Of a DNA stretch of 64,000 nucleotides, positions 52,520 through 64,000 are shown piece by piece; the stretch's first letter is position 1; each line of letters begins with the position of its first letter. Location: positions 245,272,001 to 245,336,000 of the forward strand of contig OZ024743.1 in the NCBI GenBank assembly GCA_964016885.1. The letters run 5' to 3'. The notes beneath the pieces were generated by a model. The model was given only the letters and a program-made list of their open reading frames with translations. It made no database searches and was not told the origin of the DNA. The DNA is from Eledone cirrhosa (Eukaryota). A program made the position numbers and the translations under genes.

Positions 52520-53370
52520 TTTTAGTGTGTGTATATATATATGTATATATATATACATAATGTATTTATCATAAATGAGTACAAGTGTGTGTGTGTATGT
52601 ATATGACTGTATGTATGTTTGTAACTTTACACACACAGACACACATATATACACACACACCCATGCAAGCATGTAAATGTGTATATGTGTGTTCACATTT
52701 ACACAACCATGTAACTATATATTCACTTACGTAGGTATGTGAATATGCATTCATAGTCACACACTCAGACAAATACAGCCATGTATGTGTATGCCTAGGT
52801 ATATACATATCTATATATACATCTATGTAAACTTGTGTGTTTGTGTTTTTACTTACACATTGACAAATACATCTATACACATGTGTGTTTTCACTTACAC
52901 CTAGGCAAATACATGCATACATATCCACATACACATGTATGTATTCTCACACACACACACACATGCATACACATATATATGTGTGTGTGTGTGTGTGTAT
53001 ATATATATCAGAAAAGGTGTGGTGAAATACCAGGTGGACCATAACCCACCAGAGTACTCGATACTTAGGGTAGTAGAGTGGGTAATATGAAAAGATCAGT
53101 TCGGATATTGCTGTCGAAACGACCGGAGCTCAGCCGTCGGGGTCCTGAATCTTTTCATATATATACATATATATATACACATACACAGTGTGTGTGTATA
53201 TATATATACATATATATACACACAGTGTGCATGTGTTTTCACTTACACTGAAGACAAATACACTGATACATATACACATATGTATGTATATAAGTATACT
53301 TTAGTATATATGTATCCATATATACACACACCCATGTATACACGTAAATGCTTGATTGTACATATATATA
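52520..53370. repeat. Degenerate (TA)/(CA)/(TG) low-complexity tract, probably in the 3' UTR of the minus-strand gene
   Basis: Direct inspection; lies downstream of the stop codon at 54214. Confidence 0.8.
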
Positions 53371-54213
53371 AAATTTGAAGCAAGTTACCATAGCAATTTA
53401 CAAAGTGATTCCTTTCCAATTATTTTAAGTTCAGCAGCAGACTTTCACACGACCCAAGACTAGTCTACCTCACAAAATGCTTATTGATGAAAATGAAGAT
53501 TATTATTGGAAATTGTTCTAAGTTGTCACTGGGGGTGTGGAAAAGGGGTATTATTATAAAGTCAGAATTAAATCCAACATCTTTCTTCTTTTGCAATCCT
53601 AACAATTATAAACGTTTTCTTCCTCCTCATTTACACTCAGCTGAAATAAAATAATGCAAGACATCCAGCACCCACCCTGAAATAAAAATTTTTTTTTAAA
53701 AACACACCAAAAAGATAAAGTACATCTCATGTGTTGGGACATAAGTCAAGTTGAAATCTTTTTTTAGGGTAATTTTCCATTTTTTTTTCAATACAATACA
53801 TTTAGCATCTTGATGAGTGCTTCCTTCTGTGGATGTGGAGGAGGAACTTTTTTTTTTTAAAAAGACAAGAATTTGGAGCCAGTATTCTGCAATGACAGCG
53901 CCTTAGTTATTTTATATTGAGAAATAATGGGCCATAGCAGATATCTTTCTGTAATGAAAGAAAAGACGGTGGTTGTAAGAACAATGACATCAGCACCAGG
54001 GGATGGTAGACAAAGACAGGCAAAGCTCAGTTAGCAGCCAGTCAGGTAGTGTTGTAGTTTGTGTTGTTGTTGTAGAAGGAGGTGGAGTTTGGGGAATCCT
54101 GGCCAAACTTCGTCAGGAATCGATGTACTGTAGTAGAATGGGGTACTGATATACACTGGCAACCATTTAAGGAGAAAGCAATGAAACAGTTGTTGTTCTG
54201 TTTGTTCGGCTGA

Positions 54214-54374
54214 TCATACAAAGTCATATAAACTAGTGTTGACTGGATTGCTCGATGGATGGCTACTACTTTGACTTGCTGCTGCTGCCGCTGCTGCTGC
54301 CGTCTGTTTCACAATTTTTTTCTTCTTTGTCACTGGTGGTTTCAATGGTTTGGCTGGACCGCGTTTTCGAGAAC
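54214..54374 (-). CDS. Terminal coding exon of an unidentified, probably nuclear protein
   Basis: Minus-strand ttgcag acceptor. Encodes (G)SRKRGPAKPLKPPVTKKKKIVKQTAAAAAAAASQSSSHPSSNPVNTSLYDFV-stop, with a bipartite NLS-like basic pattern and a poly-Ala run. Confidence 0.75.
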
Positions 54375-56119
54375 CTGCAAATTAAAGAACGAAATAAACA
54401 GTTAATATTCTCTCTTTAGAATAGTGTGAAGATGTATAGCCTCGTGGTTAGGTTGTTTGACTAACAATCATAAGGTTGTGAGTTTGATTCCTGAACCAGG
54501 CAGTGTATTCTTGAGCAAAATGCACTTCAGCCTTTTTTTCATTAAAACATCCAAGAAGCCTTCTATGAGATACAACCTCATAAGTAGCTTGCCATACCTA
54601 CATAGGTGTGAGCAGTAAATTTCATATTTTTTATCATTTCTTTAGAATACTATGGCCATTACTCACAATTGAGTATGACTTAGTAGTATCTACCATACTT
54701 TCATCAAGTATTTTAGGTGTCTATGCAGTCACAAGCAGACAGATATCCTCTTGACCTCATTTCCCTTGATCCAGTGGAACATCCAGAATGTGACAGCTGG
54801 AAGGAGAGAGGGCTGCACCAGCACTGGGTTGGTATTTTCTTTATCAACTCTGAAAGGCAATGTGCTCATACCCCAACTGTAGAAATAATGCCAAAAAGTG
54901 TTGAGAGGACGTGTTAGTCACAACACAAACTCTTTATTGCTGGTGCCAAGAAAAATTCACCCAGTATACCCTGTAAGGTGGTTGGTGATAGGAAAGGCAT
55001 CTAGCTGTGAAAACCAAGCAAAAAAAAGGATGAAAGGATTATTTGGTTGTATCAAGGGCACAATAAGCTCTCTAGTATTGGTGATGCAATAAAATGTACC
55101 CAGTACACTCTGTAAAGTGGTTGGTGATATGAAGAGCATCCAGCCATAGAAAAGAGTTGAGAGGACTTTCCAGTTATGTCAAAGACATGACAACCTTCCT
55201 AATGATGGTACCATGATTAAATGCACCTAGTGCAGTTTGTACAGTGCAGGGACATATATAAGTAAGATGCAGCAATTGGCCCATCTGAGAGGTCAGTAGC
55301 TCTGATTTAGTACTGACTTGGTTTGTAACAACCTGTCCAACTCTTGCTACCATGAAAAATGGACACTAAATGATGATAATGATGACCTCTGTGGGATTTG
55401 AACTCAGAATGCAGAGAGCAAGATCAAATATCTAACTGCCACTCTTTAGAATAAGCACACTATATATCTATGTGTTGTAAGAAGGGTTTGTGTCAAGATG
55501 GGCATCCGGCTGTAAAACATTGCCCTAAAATTCCTTTCCAACCCATGCCATCATGAAAGGGTCAATGTAAAAACAATGATGATGATGATGATGAAACAGA
55601 TGATTTGAACCAGGAATTTCCTGCCTATATGGTGAAGATCCCACTGTTTACTTAAACCATCTTCATTCTAATCATCAACAATTTAAAATCCATTTTCCCA
55701 TGTTTATATGAGCTGGACATGTCCTTACCAACACAATATCTCTGCACTTGTCTTTTTCCTTTGATATCTCTTTTATGAGTACTTCTTTACCCAACAATTA
55801 TCATCCATACATATTACATTTCCAAGCCAGTGCAATCTTTTCTCTTACATCTAATTCCTTTTATACCCAGTTTATCTCAAGTCCTCAGTGTTTGGTTAAA
55901 TATCAAAGCATATATAAATACATATAGATAAAAATGTGAAACCTTTAAGTTTTTAAATCTGTATGTACATGAGAAGTAGCAATAGTTCTTTCTTGCAAGT
56001 AGTCTTTCTCATGTTCTACCTTATGCTTCATTTCTTTACCTGTTACAAAATGTTATGGTCCAGAGACACTACTGTATTGCCTTAATGCTCCACAAGATTT
56101 AAAGAGAGTAAGATTGTAT

Positions 56120-56720
56120 GATGCACTGACAGTTAGGTTCTCTAGAAATAGTTGATAGCGTCTGTTAGTTAGGTGATATAATTAGCAGTGAAGGAGGGTA
56201 TTCTGAAAGCATAGTAGCCAAAGTAAGTACAGGGTGGGAAAAGTGCAGGGACCTATTATCACTGCTGGCAACAATGGGAGTTCTCTCTGAAAGCCAAGGG
56301 TAGATTTATGGTGCTTGTGTGCAAAGTGAAATTTTGCATGGTAGCAAAACATGGGAACTGAATGCAGAAAATGTATGTGAAAGTTGAAAAGAAATGATAT
56401 GAGAAAGCTCCTCCACTGGATGTGTGCATGAACAATGGAGTAGAAATGAGTTGAGAGAAATCGGATGCATTGTACAAGAGAGAAAATTCTGCTGGTGTGG
56501 ACAGGTGACATTTTTGGAGAACGAGAGATAGAAGGAACTTGTAGAAGTGGAAGACAAAGGAACATATGGATAAAACGATGAAGGTTGATCTCAGAAGTCT
56601 GAACCTCATAAAAGAGATGACAAAGGGCCATAACAAGCAGTGAAACATTATGGTGATGAGATGCTGTAGTGGAGAAGACCCACCCAAACTTGGAAAAATG
56701 GACTTAAAATGGTGTTGATT
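56120..56720 (+). mobile_element. Very decayed RTE 3' fragment
   Basis: Degenerate similarity to the RTE thumb and C-terminal region (ctagaaatagttgatagc...ggtgatataattagcagtg...ttgcatggtagc). Confidence 0.6.
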
Positions 56721-57666
56721 TTGAATAGATATAATAGAATAATAATTAAAACTCCAAAAATATATATAATTTTATACACATCATCATCATCATTTAAAAT
56801 CCATTTTCCCTGCTAACAAGTTTTGGAGAGTTCATCACAGACCAAGTCAGTGTTGACTCATAATACCAACCACTTTACAGAGTGCACCAGCACTACTGCT
56901 TCACAGAATGTACTGGGTACATTTTATTATGACATCAACACTAGAGAAGTTGTTATATGCTCTACTAAACTGAATAGTCTTCTTTACTCAATGACCAACT
57001 CCTTTACAGAGTGTATTTGATGCATTTTATCATGGCACCAGTACTAGAGGTCCTCAAATGCTCTACCAGACTGAAGACTTCTCTCTACTCTATATTGTCA
57101 CTGCTCAATCACTTTACAGAGTGAACTTGATATATTTTATCATGGTACCAACACTGGAGAGGTTACCATATGCTCCACCAGACTGAAGACTTCTCTCTAC
57201 CCAATCATCATCATCATTTAACACCCTCTTTTCCTGCTAGCAAGGGTTGGACGGGTCAACATAGACTGAGTCAGTACTGAAGTGGGGCTACTAATCTCCA
57301 AGACAGGCCGGGGTGTCTGTATCCTGCTTATGTAGTCATATCAAGTGCAGAGGAGAAGCTGCTGTGTCTTTTGACACAAACTGAAGGATCCTCCTAACCC
57401 CTTGTTTGGCAGGCTTTCTATGGGTGGATGCCCTTCCTAAAACCAACCACTTTACAGCGTGTACTGGGTACTTTTATTGTGTAGATCACCAGCACAATGG
57501 AGGCTGTTATGTCATTGACACAACCAAAGAGTCCTTCCAACCCTTTGTTTGGCAAGTTTCTATGGCTGGATGTCCTTGCTTTCACCAACCACTTTATACC
57601 GTGTGCATTTTATTATAGCACCAGCACTAAAGAAGAAACCAAAAATAACAGAAATAAGATATTTAC

Positions 57667-57800
57667 CATTACTAGATGATGTTGAATCAACAGGAGAGGT
57701 ACTGCATGATGCCTCCCAATGTAAGGTGTCTCTTAACGATTGTCCATCACCATCTTCATAGCCATCTATATCAACCTGTACATCATCTGCATCTGGATGA
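57667..57800 (-). CDS. Penultimate coding exon of an unidentified gene
   Basis: Minus-strand tttcag acceptor and G|gtaaat donor. Encodes HPDADDVQVDIDGYEDGDGQSLRDTLHWEASCSTSPVDSTSSSN(G); its phase fits the next exon. Confidence 0.75.
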
Positions 57801-58290
57801 CTGAAATTTAGAAAAGAAAGTAAAATTTCAAATGATTGCAATAAATAAAAAGGAGAGATGTTGTATTAACCCTGATAAAGGCAGTAGATTGGCAGAATTG
57901 TTAAAGCTTTGTGCAAATTGCTTTGCAGTATTTGTTGTAGCTCTTTACATTCTGCATTCAAAGTTAACTTTGCATTTTACCCTTCTGAGAACAATAAAAT
58001 AAAGTAACATTCAAGTACTGGAGTTGGTAAAACTGATTTTTTCTCCCTTAGAATTGTTGGCTTTGTGTCAGAATTGAAAGAATTATTTCTTATTATCACT
58101 AGCTAGATCCATTCAATTCTACTTCAGCAGATCTATTATCAAAGGCACGCCAGTCATGACCATCCCATTTCGTTTGTACACCTTCCTTTTTTAAGACAGT
58201 AAGTTGAGATTTAATTGAGATTTGGCTGCTATTTCTAGCAGATCAAATGCGTGCATAGAGGCACCATCATTGGCTTGAACCTGTTGCTGT

Positions 58291-59229
58291 TATAATAATG
58301 ATAATAATAATAATGAAATTATTGTGTACAGTGCTCAGGTGCACTACAACTCATCAAAGGTACATGTATAGTACATAGAATAATGTACAAATGTCAGGAA
58401 AGTGAACAGTGTACGAGACATGATATACAGGTGTGTGTGTATGGAGGGGGAATATTAGGTGTAGTGTTGGCGAATCTCAAGGAGCATGGAGGTTTTAAAG
58501 GATGCAGTGTCTCGACAGCTAACAACTGATGCAGGGAGTTTGTTCCATGCTTCAGTAACTCTGAGCGTGAAAAAATGTTTCCGAAAATCATGGGAGCTGT
58601 GCTGTTTTCTGACTTTGTAGGCATGCCCACGTGTGTTAGACACATGGAAATCAAAAAGGTGTTCAGGATTGTTGTTGGCAAGATGGTTAATAATTTTGTG
58701 GGTATTTACCAAGTCAGTTGCCAGATGTTGGAGCTTCAATGTATCCATGCTCAGGGAAGCAAGGCGTTCAGAGTATGGTAGATGCCTGATGGAGGGTATT
58801 CGCTTGGTTGCACATCTCTGAACAGTTTCCAGGAGGTCAGTGTTCTGAGCAAGATAGGGGTTCCAGATTGGTGATGCAAATTCTAAGTGTGGCCGCACCA
58901 TAGCTATATACAGCTTTAAATAGATAGCTGGAGAGTGGCTGACAAAGGTCTTGCTGAGTGATGCTAAGATACCTTCTTGACAATTTTATAGACGTGCTTC
59001 GTCCAACGCAAATCGCTGCTGACAGTAATGCCCAGGTCACGCTCACAAAAAGACTTCTTGATATTAGTGTTGTGGAGGGAATATGTAGACGCTAGGTTTT
59101 TCCTCCCAAAATGCATAGTGGTACACTTGTCCACAGCCAGCTTGAATTGCCAGTCCATGATCCATTGCTGCATTGTGTCCAGGTCTGATTGCAGGAAAGA
59201 TCTATAGTGTTCAGGATCTGTCCTTTTAT
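58291..59229 (-). mobile_element. 5'-truncated CR1-clade LINE in an intron of the minus-strand gene
   Basis: ORFs 58455-58901 and 58964-59173 belong to the same family; (ATT)n tail. Confidence 0.92.
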
Positions 59230-60179
59230 CACTGGATAGACCTAGCCAGTTCTATTTCATCAGATCTATTATCAAAAGCACTCCACTCATGACCATCTCA
59301 TCTTTTTATATATCTAAGACTACATTATCTAATGTGTCTTTCCTTTTATAAGACAGTAAAGTATGATCTGAAGGAGATTTGGCTGCTATTTCTAACAAGA
59401 TGGGGCTGCACCATTAGCTTAAGGTTGCTGTTATTGTTATTATCACTAAATAGATTGTGTCAGTTATATCTAACAAGCATTGAACAGTGTTTTTATCCAC
59501 AGATATCCTGTCCTTATTTTAGTGATTTAGAGGTCTAAACTTTGGTACGGCTTTATAAACAATAGAGTTTGTTGAAAGAGATTTGGCTCTCACAATGACT
59601 GAGTTAATGAAATGGAATGGGCTGCCATTGGTTTCAACAATGAGTATTTAAGTTGTTTGATCAATGGAACAGCCTGCTCATGAAATTAACATGTAAGTAG
59701 CTGAACATTCCATAGATACACGTACCTTAATGTACCACATATACTCGAATATAAGCCGATCTCACTATTTTATGTCTAAGAAATGGTCAAAAATTGAAAC
59801 CTTATTTACATAGAATTTGAAGTTGGCAAAAAAATGCACACACTCACACAAACAAGTAATTGTCATCTGCTGGAATGATATACGAATAGAACAAATACAG
59901 AAAGAAACTATTAGGTCGTTGAGTTTGATTCTCAGAGAAAGTTTGCTAAGAGTGAACGTATCTGTGGAAATCGTTAATTTCATGATCAGGGTGTTCCGTT
60001 GTTTGAACAATTGGACCACTCTATTCTTTCTTATTTCATCTTACTCTTCTTTGTCATCCATATTTTTTCGCCATGGAAGCAAACGACACAAATTTATTTA
60101 ACAACAGTCATTTCAGAAAATTACGATATCAATATTAATTGTTTCTACTTTTGGCACAAGGGAAAGGCTCTCAATTCAA

Positions 60180-62457
60180 AGGAGAAATGAAATCAGAGAA
60201 GAAAACAGATTAGCTCTCCAAGAGTTGAGAGGAAATTTGACAGAAAAAAGAAGAGATGAAATAAGAGAGGTAAATAGAATTTCCCACATTGAAGCAAGAC
60301 ATTCTTAGATTAGGGAGGAACAAGAAATTGTAACTCAAGTAAAAAGATCAAGGTATATTGAACTACGTAGTTCTGTTAATGCAGCATTTGAATATGATCC
60401 AAGTAAAAATTATGATAATCTATCAAATTTAGGAACAATGTCAGTAGTTTGTAAGCATTGTTGTGCAAAACTATTTAAAGATAAACTTAAGGGATTATGT
60501 TGTTCAAATGGTAAATTTAAGTTGAATTTAATTGAAAGACCACCTGAACCTTTAAATACACTAATGCTGGGGGAGAATTGGAATTCCAAAAACCTTTTAA
60601 ATATAACAAATTGTTTTCAATGACATCCTTTGAAGTCAGTGAATCAATATCTCTGCTGGGATTGATGCCAGTTTTTAAAATACAAGGTAACATTTATCAG
60701 AGAATAAGTTCATTGTATAATGCAGTTGATAATATTCCTAAATATACTCAAGTTTATTTTATTGATGATTTAAATGAACAAATCAATATTAGAAATAGTA
60801 GGTTTTCTGAAACACACTTACACACAATAAGACACACCCAAGAGATGCTTTTGGAAAATAGTGAGCTTATCAGACAAATTAAAAATATGACATCTTTTGT
60901 TAACAGTTCAAATCTTCACTTGTCCATTTGTGCAGATAGTGTACCAGCTGGTGAGCATACACGAAGGTACAATGACCAAATATGTAACGATGTGGGATTA
61001 GTAATGGTTGGAACTGAATTTCCATGCAGAAACATTATTTTTATTTATAAAGATTACATTATAAAGAAAATCAATGAATTACATAGATCCTTTAATTCAT
61101 TGGAGAGGAAATGATGGCTATTCATTGGATTTACCTTTATACAACCCAAATACAAATCAAACAGTCCCAAATAAGAACGTTACATGCAGGCAATATTATG
61201 CATACCATTTACAACTAAGAAATATTTGGAATCAAATTGTAAGATGTAAACGATTGTTCCAAATGTATTTAGTTGATATGTATGCCAAAATTGAGTTTGA
61301 ACAGTTATTGTACATTAAACAGCACCAAACCAAGCTAAGGGTCGAAGAGTATTCGCTTTTAAAAGATTCTCTAAATAATGAAGGAATACTCAATGCACAA
61401 GGTAGGGCTGTAATTTTACCTTCTACTTTTGTTGGAAGTCCAAGATATTGGAAGGAAAGAACTCAAGATGCAATGTGTTATGTGAAAGAATATGGTAGGC
61501 CTGATTTATTTATAACATTCACTTGCATTCCTAAATGGAATGAACTCATGGAGAACCTATACAAAGGTCAAAAACCCAAAGATAGGCACAACATAATTGC
61601 AAAAGTTTTCAAGCAAAAGTTAAACAAAATGATGAAAATATTGGTTGATAAGGGAGGTGAATATTTGGCAAAACAAAGGCCTACATATATACAGTAGAAT
61701 GGCAGAAAAGAGGCTTACCACATGCTCATATCTTACTTTGGTTAATAGTGGAATACCTTACAAATAATGTAATTGAAGCAAACATACTAGATGGAAAGTA
61801 CAAAAATGAATTAGTATTATTACTAAGAATTAAATTACTTGCAAAGGAGCCAGTGAGGTTTACAAGATTTCAATTTCCAGTTAAACTCTCTTTTGCTATG
61901 ACAATAAATAAATCACAAGGTCAAACATTTAAAAAAGTTGGTATCAATCTTAAAAATGAAGTATTTTCCCATGGACAACTATATGTATCACTTTCAAGAT
62001 TGGGAAATCCTAATAATCTTTATTATTACACGGTATTAAAGGGCGGTGAATTGGCAGTATCGGTGGAGGGCCGGACGCCATGCTTTCCAGCATAGTTACG
62101 TCCCTTTACGATCTGAGTTCAAATCCTGCCGAGGTTGACTTTGCCTTTCATCCTTACGGGGTCGATAAAATAAAGTACCAGTAATGCACTGGGTAATTGC
62201 TGGCCTTGTGCCTAAAGTAGAAACAATTATTACACGGTAGAGGGTCGGACGCCATGCTTTGACGCATAGAGTTACGGCCCTTATCATTCTGAGTTCAAAT
62301 CCGGCCGAGGTTAACTTTGCCTTTCATCCTTACGGGGTCGATAAAATAAAGTACCAGTAATGTACTGGATAATTGCTGGCCTTGTGCCAAAAGTAGAAAC
62401 AATTATTACACAAAAGATGAAAAAGTTAAAAACTTTGTTTATGATGAAGTTGTTTAG
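60180..62457 (+). mobile_element. Helitron RepHel pseudogene, frameshifted and internally deleted, interrupted by two SINEs
   Basis: Zn-finger-like CxHC...CC (60438-60510) and Rep motifs LPSTFVGSPRY, PDLFITFT and [17 protein letters not shown]. These are fused to the Pif1 C-terminus [19 protein letters not shown] and [12 protein letters not shown]. The ORF end (TKDEKVKNFVYDEVV-stop) resumes after the SINEs. Confidence 0.93.
62036..62402 (+). mobile_element. Two SINEs (second family) inserted successively at one site in the Helitron ORF
   Basis: TSD ATTATTACACGGTA at 62022-62035 and 62226-62239; ATTATTACAC occurs again at 62402-62411. Confidence 0.88.
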
Positions 62458-64000
62458 ATACAAAAAAAAAAAGCAAAAGTAAAACCAAAACTGAAAAAAA
62501 GACCCCCAATAATTAACTGGATGATTTAAAATAAAACATTATACTCGCTACTGATCAAATTTTATCAATATTATGTGTTGTTGAATATACTATTCTGAAG
62601 CGAGGTTATTGTTAAATTAAATTTTTTTTTCATTTAAATTGTTAATTACATTATTTATATTTGAGCAACAAGGAATTTTTTTTACTATAATTCATTTCAT
62701 AATTTCACCATTGAGTTTTATTTTTTTCAATTTATTTTTCATTCTTTCGGTAATCACAATAATTGATTTCAATTTCTTGAATTCTTTTCCATATTCTGAA
62801 CAGTAAGTATTCTCCGAGGGAGAATGAACTGGATTTGTCTATTAATGTAATAAATAATGATATAAGGAAAATGTCCCAGCAAAGCTATTGTTAAATTCAT
62901 TTATTATTACTTTTTTTTCATTTGAATTGTTATTTACATTATTTATATTTGAGCGTCAAGGACATTTTTTATTATAATTCATTTCATAATTTTAACATTT
63001 ACTTTTACAATGTTTTCATTCTTTTGGGAATCACATCAACATGCGTGTGTTTATATATATATATATCCCCTTTTATCTGATATAATTTATTATGTGCCTT
63101 CTCTCTTTGCTATGATTTATAATGTGTGTGTATATATATATATACACACACATATATATATATATATATATAAAGAGAGAGAGGGTGGCTATAATATATA
63201 GAGTGGGAGCAATGACATGGAAACGTAGCAAACAAAGCCAACAAGAGATAGAGAGATAGTGAGAGAGTTGTAGAAAGAGATTAGATAGACAGAGAACTAT
63301 AACGTTGCAGTCATTATACTGTGTGTGTACATCTGTTAGAGTGACTGCAATTGACCCTTAATCTCTCTGCCTGTGTGCCTGTCTGTCGTACAGGGAAGGG
63401 CCATGTTGTGGTAACCTGTCTTGCTAGATATGACAGCAAAATAAACTGTAGCTTCTACAACACACACACATTGAGTTGTACCTCTATGTATAACTCTTTC
63501 TGTATCTATTTACCTACCTACCAACCTACATATCTATCTATCTACTTACAAACATATCTATCTATCTGTCTATCTATTTACCTACCTACCTACCTACATA
63601 TCTATCTATCTATCTACCTACCTTCAATTGTTTGTATTTCTTTCCCCCATTCTTCTGGCAACCACAATAATCAATTTCAACTTCTTGAATTCATTTCCAT
63701 ATTCTGAACAGTAAGCCAACTACACAAAGCATTCTCCAAAGGAGATGGACTGAATTTGTCTAGTAATTCTAATAAAACTGAAACATATCTGGAATTGTCA
63801 CCCTTGCCAAAACACATAAATTTAATATTAGTACTTGTGCTAATATTATTCTCCCTCACACAATGTTTATTTCCAATTCTTAATTAATTGAATTTAGATC
63901 ATGTAGTCCAGTGGTTCCCAGATATTTTGGTAGTAAGGTCCCATTTATTTAAATGATTTTTTCCTCCGACTCTAGTCATTTAAAAGGCTTCTCTATTCAA

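Noticed and set aside
59733-59762. Tc1/pogo-like terminal repeat (CATATACTCGAATATAAGCCGA); also hAT-like starts CAGTGGTTCCCA at 40932 and 63909
   Set aside because: No matching second terminus or transposase was found in the window; too short to call.
63960-63980. Helitron 3' terminus at CTAG
   Set aside because: There is no GC-rich hairpin just upstream, and the site lies after an apparent different element start.

Overview
AT-rich, repeat-dense animal genomic DNA, not prokaryotic. The SINE/LINE repertoire is typical of an octopod cephalopod (inference). The + strand carries the last eight coding exons of a cytoplasmic dynein-1 light intermediate chain gene (DYNC1LI/Dlic, 4967-29144), with one clear U12-type GT-AG intron (13020-14371). 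The - strand carries the last two coding exons of an unidentified, probably nuclear protein (57800-57667 and 54374-54214), convergent with Dlic. Introns and the intergenic space hold a near-intact RTE LINE (one frameshift, PHD-type finger inside the RT) and several truncated or decayed RTE copies. They also hold five CR1-clade LINE fragments, two tRNA-derived SINE families, piggyBac-type TTAA MITEs, a mariner relic, an internally deleted Helitron and five tandem arrays. The most notable observations are: (1) a CR1 3' end with a dense cluster of sense-strand A-to-G changes that looks like ADAR hyper-editing fixed by retrotransposition; (2) a type I hammerhead ribozyme with an intact core downstream of Dlic, plus decayed relatives; (3) inverted LINE pairs bracketing Dlic exons; (4) a minisatellite born from a LINE C-terminal coding segment; (5) a satellite built from palindromes; (6) repeated SINE insertion at ATTAT targets. 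All calls are from reading the sequence; no searches were run.
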